Positions 53,101-62,100 of a stretch of DNA of 64,000 bases are shown here, in pieces. The notes beneath the pieces were generated by a model. That model ran no database searches, had not been told where the DNA came from, and saw only the letters and a program-made list of their open reading frames with translations. Both the position numbers and the translations under genes were made by a program. The stretch is from NCBI GenBank assembly GCA_030141605.1, contig JAQGDQ010000085.1, positions 434,001 through 498,000 of the forward strand, given 5' to 3'. Within the stretch, counting starts at the first letter, position 1. Every line of letters begins with the position of its first letter. Source of the stretch: Tubiluchus corallicola (taxonomy: Eukaryota; Animalia; Priapulida).

Positions 53101-56100
53101 TTTCTCTTACCTGCTCAAATCCACCAAGCAATTCTATCGTGTCCATTGAACTGTTCATTGCTAATATTTTCAGTGAGTGACCTGTCAGTTGTGATAAAGC
53201 TTCCACAATAGAGGTTTTTCCACACGATTGCGGTCCAATCTGAATAATGAATAAAGCACTTTTTGTAAATGCAGCATAAAAAATTGTACATATAATTGTA
53301 TGCGGCACACAGCTCACACATGTTGCAATCCAACTGGTTCCACATAATATTTTCTATTTTAGTAAAGCACAAAGACAAACAAATACATCAAAGTACATTT
53401 TTCCAATAAATAGATAGCAAAAAAGCCGACCAAACAAGCAAACAATAACTGAATAAATAAAGAAATCAAAACGTGAAAATCAAACAAACAAACGAACAAT
53501 GAAGGAACACAGAAAAGTGGCAAACTAGCAAGCAATCACCACACTAACAACATAATGCTCTCTGTGTGTCTAGCATTTCTAATGTTGTTAAACTTCCTCC
53601 TCGTTGACAAAACCGAAATTTTTAAACTTATCATCACAGTTGCAGAAGCCGAGAACCTTGATACAAATGTTATTCTTTACCTGCTAGGAAAGGAACACAA
53701 ACCTAAGGGCAATCGTAGTCTTAGTTAGTACATGTGTAGAAAGGGAAACATTTTCAGAAATGATTTGAGAAAACAACAAAACTTTGATGTTTCAGCCAAC
53801 ATAGTGAAACCATATAGAAAGAAACACACAGTCACCATATAACACGCACAACAGCAACACTAGTCAGTCGGTTTCACTCATACTAGCCTAAGTGGTGTCT
53901 TATTTTCCTCACGATAATTATAAATAATTATTTTTCCTTTGCCTTTTGTCTTTTGTGTAGGACCACATTAATAACAACTCCACTCACTATCACAACCACG
54001 AAAAAACATTTGGACAGATACTTCATTGTGAGATATACTGTCAAACAGTATATCTGATATATCTGTGAGATATCTGATACGTTTAGAATAACAAGGATGG
54101 TAGGATGGCACTAAAAGTAAACCGACCAAAATGTCACAACATCTAAAACATTTGGAAAGATACTCCAGTGTGAGACATACTGTCAAACACTAATGAGGGA
54201 TATCTGATCTGTAACAGTAGTAGTAAAATAAGATAGCAGTAACAGTAAAATAACCAAAATACCATCATATGTAACTGAGCTTGAACGTATAAATTACTGT
54301 TTCATACCAATATAGCCACATAGTTCATCTGTATGCACTTCATCAGTGACTCTAATGCAGGTAGATGATTGCGCAGCAGTTCCACGTCGGATGTTGTTCT
54401 CAATGATTTATTTCCAACGTTTCGCTTCAAAAAGCTATGTCCAACTTGTAGATATTTAGGAGTTACTGACAGGCAACAGCTTGGGTGATAAGCAGGGTAA
54501 TTTACTGTTCCGAAGATTTTTTCGTACAACTCGTAAACTTTGACACGGTCATCAACCGACCGCATGCGGTCCGCGTAGACAAGTCCAACATACCCTCCGG
54601 GATTATATGATTCTTTAGGCTGAAAATTACAAAATTAATAATATAATTGGGTCAATTTTTTGTCAATAAAGAACAAAAACAAACAGAATGCTGCTAATAG
54701 CACATTGCGCAAAAAAAGAAATTTTAAATGTTGAATTTCCCATGCAAATGAAATGATCATTTCATTTGACAACATTTATTCTGTACAGTTCAACCTGAAT
54801 TTGCATTAGGGGCCGATTTTCAAATTAAAATTGTAACTCATACTTAGTTTTTCTTAGTTGATTTGAAGAATATAATTTGGTATCATTAGACTATAGTCAA
54901 AATTAAGCTTATTTGACAAATCCAGCACTCATTATTTTGTTGTTTTTTCCATGAAATAATTTCACAAGAATGTTACACAGCTTTCCATCAGCGAAACGCT
55001 ACTAGTACTAGAAAATTAAAATCATACTATTCAAAGCAATCAAGTGGCAGAAGAATAACCAGTTAAGCACAAATGATAGATTTAAATGTCACGCATGCAA
55101 GTGAAATTACTATCCTCATTCAAATTGTGAGGCAACATTAGGCAACGGATGCCATGTTCTAATATAAATCCTATTGTCTTTTGTATTGGCTAGCAAATTT
55201 CTCTTCTGCACATGTGTGACATTTTTCAAATCCGTGATGCAACTAGACTTCGCTAAAAAACTTTCAAACAATAAACATGCCCAAAACACACCTGATTTGA
55301 TACTATCAAAGAGCACCATCTGAAAATATCTCGCAAGTTAAACTCCCAAGGCGAGCCCCTTCGGCCCCACTGACATAACTCTATAGTTTCGCGCATAATG
55401 GCAGAATTAAACTCGATCATTTTGCTAAGAAGACCAGCTGGAATTCCAGGATACAAGATCTGGGTGATGAACAGGAAGTCAACTGCACTTAGTGGTTCGA
55501 CAAAAACCTGAGCAACAAAAAAAAATTGAAATCAGCATTAAAAGAAAAGTATTTTGTGAGAAAGAACGAAATTACACCTACAAAAATGTGCAGTACATAA
55601 GTTAACATGCACTGTTGTTAGATTGCTGCTTCATACAACAATTAAGTTAATATAATTTATTGATTTAGATGATACAAAAATTACGATTAATAACAGTTTG
55701 CACATAGATTTAACACACTGCAGATATGAAAAAAACGATTCCTATAAGATGATTATTCAATAGAAATTACACATTAACTTAATACATTTAATACAATAAG
55801 TACAAAATAAACAGAACAAAAAACATGAATGGGCAAATGCATTTAAAATTTATTTTAATAAGGTTAATCTTAATATAAACTATTTTCTTTTTAATGTGAT
55901 GTAATTTATTTGTAATTAAAATTTCAGTGTATTTTAATGTAATGTAATAGGCCTTTTCACAGTTCCAGCGATTGACGATGATTGTGAAAGTCAAAAGTTA
56001 AATGTGCCAGACAACGCATTTGCATACACTTGACAAGGCCTTGCAGGCCGAGCTATTGTAATTATAACAGTTTCAGCAGCTAATTAGAACATTACCTAGT

Positions 56101-59100
56101 TCATTTTTTCTTGTTTCAAAGCAAGATGTTATTAGTAAATTACTCTACAGTGCACAGACTAATGCATAATTAAATAAAGTCTGCGTAAAACAACTGAAGT
56201 TACAGAACTGATGTGGCGGACGGCGTTGCTTTACATACAAGTCACGTGACGAATATAGTTAAGATGTGTTGCTGTGGTATTCTTAAGCTTTGACCTGCAA
56301 CAACTGCGCGTGCATTATGTTATGTTATGTTATGTTATGTTATGTTATGTTATGTTATGTCATTATGTTATGTTATGCATTATTTGTTGCTTACAACAAC
56401 AAAACTGTGAAAAGCCTTATAAATGACACACATGTCTCAGACCTGCGTAAATCTGTTTAGGAATGACCGCGGGAGACCCTTCCTTCCGCCACCTTGATGT
56501 AACGGATTCTGACAGGCAAATATGCGTGTCTTGTCATGCTGAATGTGAAAAGTCATGGCGAGCTCCGGAACAAATATCTGACCCCGATGATCCAGACACG
56601 CATTAAGACCTTCAAGTACAGATTGTGAAGCCAGGTTTAGTTCATCCAATACAATCCAGTGGCCTTGTTTAAGAGCTTGCAACAATGGGCCATCTCTCCA
56701 TGCAAACTCCCCACCTACACCACCCTCCATGGGTAGGTCGGCACCAAACAGGTCGGTCACATCCTAAACACAAACAGTAAGTCAAAAATTAATATGAATT
56801 CTACACACAGAATGATTCACGTAACAACAAAATCTAAAACGAAGAGAAACGAAATACAGTATGATGCTCCATTTATTAGACTCATGGTTAAGAGAAACAG
56901 TTGCCTAACTGACTCAAAAACATTCATTTCTGTTCAAATGTTATGACAACCACCTGGTAACTGACTCAAATGACTCTGCATAATTGACTCAATATTTTTG
57001 CCTCATGTGCTTAAAATAAGTGTATGACCAAAGAGCTTTTACTACTTTTCTGTCATTTTTACGTCACTTTTGTGCGCTATAATATACGTAGAAACAGCCA
57101 TTTATTATAAGCTAATATGCTAGTGTAGCGGTTTTGCTTTGAATCTGTCGCTTGCTCGTCCACTGCAGTTAACCTCGTTGAAGCTCTCGCTGGTTTTCAC
57201 AGGGAAAACAAGGTAATCACCAATTGCAGCTCAAGTACTAGAGAACTAGGTGTTTTGCGTAAATGTATGTACAGCACACAATAACAGATTTTCAACGTTT
57301 TTACTAGTATGAGAATTTCATGAAGAGATGAAGCAAACAACTTTGCAACTGAAGCAAGCAATTTTTGTAATTTTTAGTAGTAATAATCACATTTGAGCCA
57401 TTTTTTTAATATTCTTTTTATTAATTTACTTATATATATTCGTATTTTTAAATAATATTTGAATATTGGAATTTTCCGTTTCTAAATTTCATTTAGATCT
57501 GTTTCATTTAGACATTAATCCATTTCTAAAATTCATTTAAAGCCTTTGCAATGCATATTAAGGTAATGAGTTATGACTCATACTTTTAGAGTAGTAATAT
57601 GCTACACCCGTGGGCTAATTGATTCAGTCGATTAATTGGGTCAAAATAATCCCAAACAGAGTCTATTAAGCAGCGCCTACTGTACATTATTTTAAATAAT
57701 TGCACCAATACACATTAAATCCAAGAGGTAACACTAAATTAAAATGGTACATCGGCTGCATTTTTATAATTGATTAATCCAATACGAAACCAGTACGATA
57801 ATCGATTACAGTTGATTATATTGCTATTTTACGAGGAAGGAGGTGCGCACGAAAACCCACTACTTATGAGAAACCTTTGTGCCTAATCCTGTGCATATGT
57901 TACTGCACAAAGATAGCGCTATATTGCTTTATTTCAGCGCAATGATGGCTATATTTCTTGTGTGATTTTTGTACATTTTTCTGAAAATGAATTCAAAATT
58001 GTATTGGTGACACAAATGACTTACCTTGTGGCTAAAAAAACGATGATAAATAAAAGCCCTAGTCGATCAATTTGTGCCATCACTATAAATAACACCTGTT
58101 AGTAATCAGATATTATATGATATTGATAAACCCATAGCCAGAGCGCAATAAGTTCACAAAAGTGCACACACAATCTCACCGTTTGTTCAGACAAATTAAT
58201 TCTGACCAATGAATGACCAGATGCCTCAGCGATAGCAGCAACTAGACTAGTCTTTCCTACACCTGGTGCACCTTCCAGAAGGATTGGTTTGTTCAGTTGA
58301 AGAGCTCTTAGTATTCTTTGTGCATTCATGCAAGGAGTTGATGCAGAAAGGGAGTAACTGTCCAGAATGTTTCCACTGCTTTCATTTCCTATAGTGAAAT
58401 AGAGAACAGTTACATGCAAGGTAAATAGTATTCAGTGGTCATTTATTCACTATAACACAACATAAAAGCAATATTTGTATATTATACAACAACACTATAT
58501 CATAATTATAATTACAAAATAAATACTCAAGAAAATCTGCTATAAAAACAAAGTAATAATCTCTTAACACCACGTTATCGGATTTCAAAAGTTGTTCATC
58601 AGGTGCTGAAATCGAAAATATGGGAGAAAATAAAAGTAAATGAAATAAAACACAGACAAAATAATAAAACATTTGCTTTAAATAGGGAAAATATGAAAAA
58701 CACAAGAAAAATATAGTTATATAATTTATTAACGCCAACATACAGATCCCAGAACTACAGTTAAGGTGAGAAATCATCTTAAAATACCAAACCAAAAGCC
58801 AACTAAAATTTTTAAACCTCTCATTTCACTCTTCTCTCAACAGGATCTTGAGTCTAAAATTTGATTTTTACATTTTGTTTTTTATTCTACCCACCTCTCT
58901 TACTCTCAACTCTAGATTATCTCGATTGTGATAATTACAATATTAATGTTATTGTAACCAGACCTTATGTTAGGATATCTGTAAGCTGCTATATTCTTAA
59001 CTACCTTTGCTATAATAACCTGATCATATCATATTTATTATTATGTAATTATCGTATGCCACACGAGGATTTAAATAAACTGAAGTTAAATTCTCAAACC

Positions 59101-62100
59101 GACCTGACTTGATATAGAAAGGTTCAATTCCAAACGTCTCGCTTGAAACTTTAATAGCCCCGGAAGAGCCACTAGCTGAGCAGCTGGTCAATAATGATGG
59201 GTCAACATGTTGATGTGTCCTTTCAAAGATTTGATCCACTAGAAATCCTAAGCATAATGACCTGGCCTCAGCAGGAGCAAGACTACTACCAAAAGTTGCT
59301 ACACCTGTAACAATAAAATGAGATATAGAAAAAAAGCATGAAATGTGTAACAAACACAAAATCAGCCTACAAGTTTCAAGTCATTCCTAGAAGTAAATTT
59401 TTACACCAAAAATTCGTAATACTAATACTAATAATAATAATATTCTGTGTAGTGTCTGTACAGCACGATCGACAATATTCAACGACGCTTTACAAAAATA
59501 TCTAAAAATATCATCACAGAATTAAAAAAGTTCACAAAATTAAATAGTAAGCCTACTAAATTTCATAAAATTGCAGTAAATATATAATAAACACATAGAT
59601 TCAAAAGTACAAGCATATAACGACAAATCATTCGATTACTTTAAAGATTGTATACTATTTTAAATAAGTATGTTTTAATCTGTGTTACAAGCATCAGCAG
59701 TGTTACAAGTAGCACACTCTTAAGAAGCCTTATGTATACTTATTAAACTGACAGATATATTAATAATTACAATGATGTGTTTACCTGAGCCAAGTCCATC
59801 TAGAAAAACCAAGCAAGCACCGTGGATGTAAGCAACAGCAGGATCAAACAGCGATTCATTTTCACTTTCTACGGTACTTTTGGCACAAGTGTTAATGAAG
59901 GACACCCAGGAAAGAATGTCACGAATACTTATGGTAAACCTATTAAAATTGATAGAGTCATTTATAAGATATGACTTTTCTCTCATCTATTCATAAACTT
60001 AGCTAATTTCCCTCATTAGCAGATACTAAAATATAACGCAAACTCTAAACATTCATGCTGCTCAAAACCCTTTTCAACAACTTTAACAACAAATAATTTT
60101 ATTTATAGATAGGAAACGTCAACTTTATACTTAACACGAGCTTATAAAATTTTAGTGTTACAAAATTTTTTATGACAGCCGTCTCTCTGAACTTGAGTAG
60201 CATAAGATAATGCATATTCTAATAACTAGAGCCCAGAGCCATGCCGTTTCAGTCGAGCTTCAGCCCGTTTATTTCTACAGCCGACCTAGCCGATAAGAAA
60301 CTGAGTTTTAGTTGCACCAGCCACTCAGTGACGAGAGTCGAGCTAGCCGATACATTGCGTGACAATGTAAATCACTGGTTGAAATATGGTAAATTCATCG
60401 TGGATTCAGATTGTGCATGTAATCGCATGAGATACTTAACTTCAGAAATTTTTGAACAAAAAAGCTGGTCAATTCAAAATTAAATACACAAATAGGCAAC
60501 GAAAGCCACACATATAGGATCATTTTGGTGTTCAAGATAAGCCTCGCCAAGAGTTGGATTGAAACTATATTTAAAATAAATCCACTGCTTTTTTATAATA
60601 ATGCAATATTTGATGCAGTATTTGAATTTGTACATCAGCTTTTCTCTGTGTATAAGCAACGCGAATTATTTAAAAAAATTGTCTCCATAATTAACAGTTG
60701 ACTAACAATTTATCATCTATTTAGCTAAAAAAATTGCAGCTTTAGCTGATTTTTTCTTTAAGTCAACTCAGCTGAAAAGTCCGTCAACCTCAGCCAAGCT
60801 ATACGATTTACTGTGCGAGTCAGCTGAAGTAGCAGCAACTGACTCAGCTTCAGCCTCTACTAATAACTAATGCAACAGCAGTGATATGTTTAACAGTCAA
60901 CAGCTGTCAAATAAACTGTACCTTTTACCAATGTTATTACGGACAAACCAGTCCAGAAAATTAATTATAGCATTTCCAACTCCGCTAGTCCCATCCTCCT
61001 GGTTGGCTAAACTGAGACCAGGTTTAATGTTATGTTCAATGATGGCCACCATGTCCTCTTGACTGTTATCGTGAGGGCACCAAATTTCCGTAAAACGATT
61101 TCTCAGTGCAGGAGAAAGCTACAAAACCACAATGCAACACAATACAGAAGATGCAAATATTAGAAATAAAGTATCTATGTGAGAGTTTATGCAAAAAAGT
61201 ATGCTCGGGTACTTATTAATGCAAAAATCAAAATATTTCCATATTCTCAATACGGATGTTAACGATAATCATGCGTATCGATGATTATCGATTAGCGTAT
61301 CGATACGAAATATTTGTTTTTATCGTATCAATATTATTCCAAGAATATCATTATCATATCGAATTTGGTACGTATCACTGCTTATCGCTTATCTTTATAA
61401 AATAGCTGCACTTTGCTTTCCCATTTATTTACAGTAGTTTCATAACTAGCAGCCATTTAAATATATAGCACTGAATGCACTGAAGCACTTAATAGCAATT
61501 ATTAATAATACTTTTTCTGTTATCGCATAAATTATCTAACTTCAGTATCATTTTTATCGTTCGAAATAATTTGTCGTATCATATCGTATCTTCTAAAAAT
61601 AGTTTATCGTTATCGTGTCATGGGAAAAGAGTATCATATCACATCGCCAAATTTGTATCGTTTAACATCCCTATACTCAAAGGCATCAAATGATCTTTAT
61701 GCTGCGTTTGCTACATATTTTTGCATATCAAAAGCACTCACAGTCTTTACATTGTTTCAATTCGACCATCACTTTCATTTATTCAACGTTAACCGTTACA
61801 AACCTTAGCCTTTCCAACATTCATTTTTGTTCACATGGTAATAACTTGCCCTGACTCTTTTTTACAGTTAGCTGGCAAACCTTTACTGCATTATGACTTA
61901 CTAATGTAATTTCCTCGTTATGTTGCAAGATACACAGTGTTATTTGTTTAGGTTGTAACTCTTATAGCACATGTGATTTAGTGCAACGTGACCAGGGCTA
62001 GCTCTAGGTAGTTTGATGCCCTAGACAAAAGTATTTTAGCCTCTTCATTAACCTAAAGTGGTACATGTGTGTTAAGTTTATACGTTTGTTAAAGTGTACT

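Noticed and set aside
58439-59112. 118-aa and 83-aa hydrophobic ORFs (also 7987-8308)
   Set aside because: T-rich intronic sequence giving F/L/I/Y-biased spurious frames; the MDN1 phase chain is complete without them
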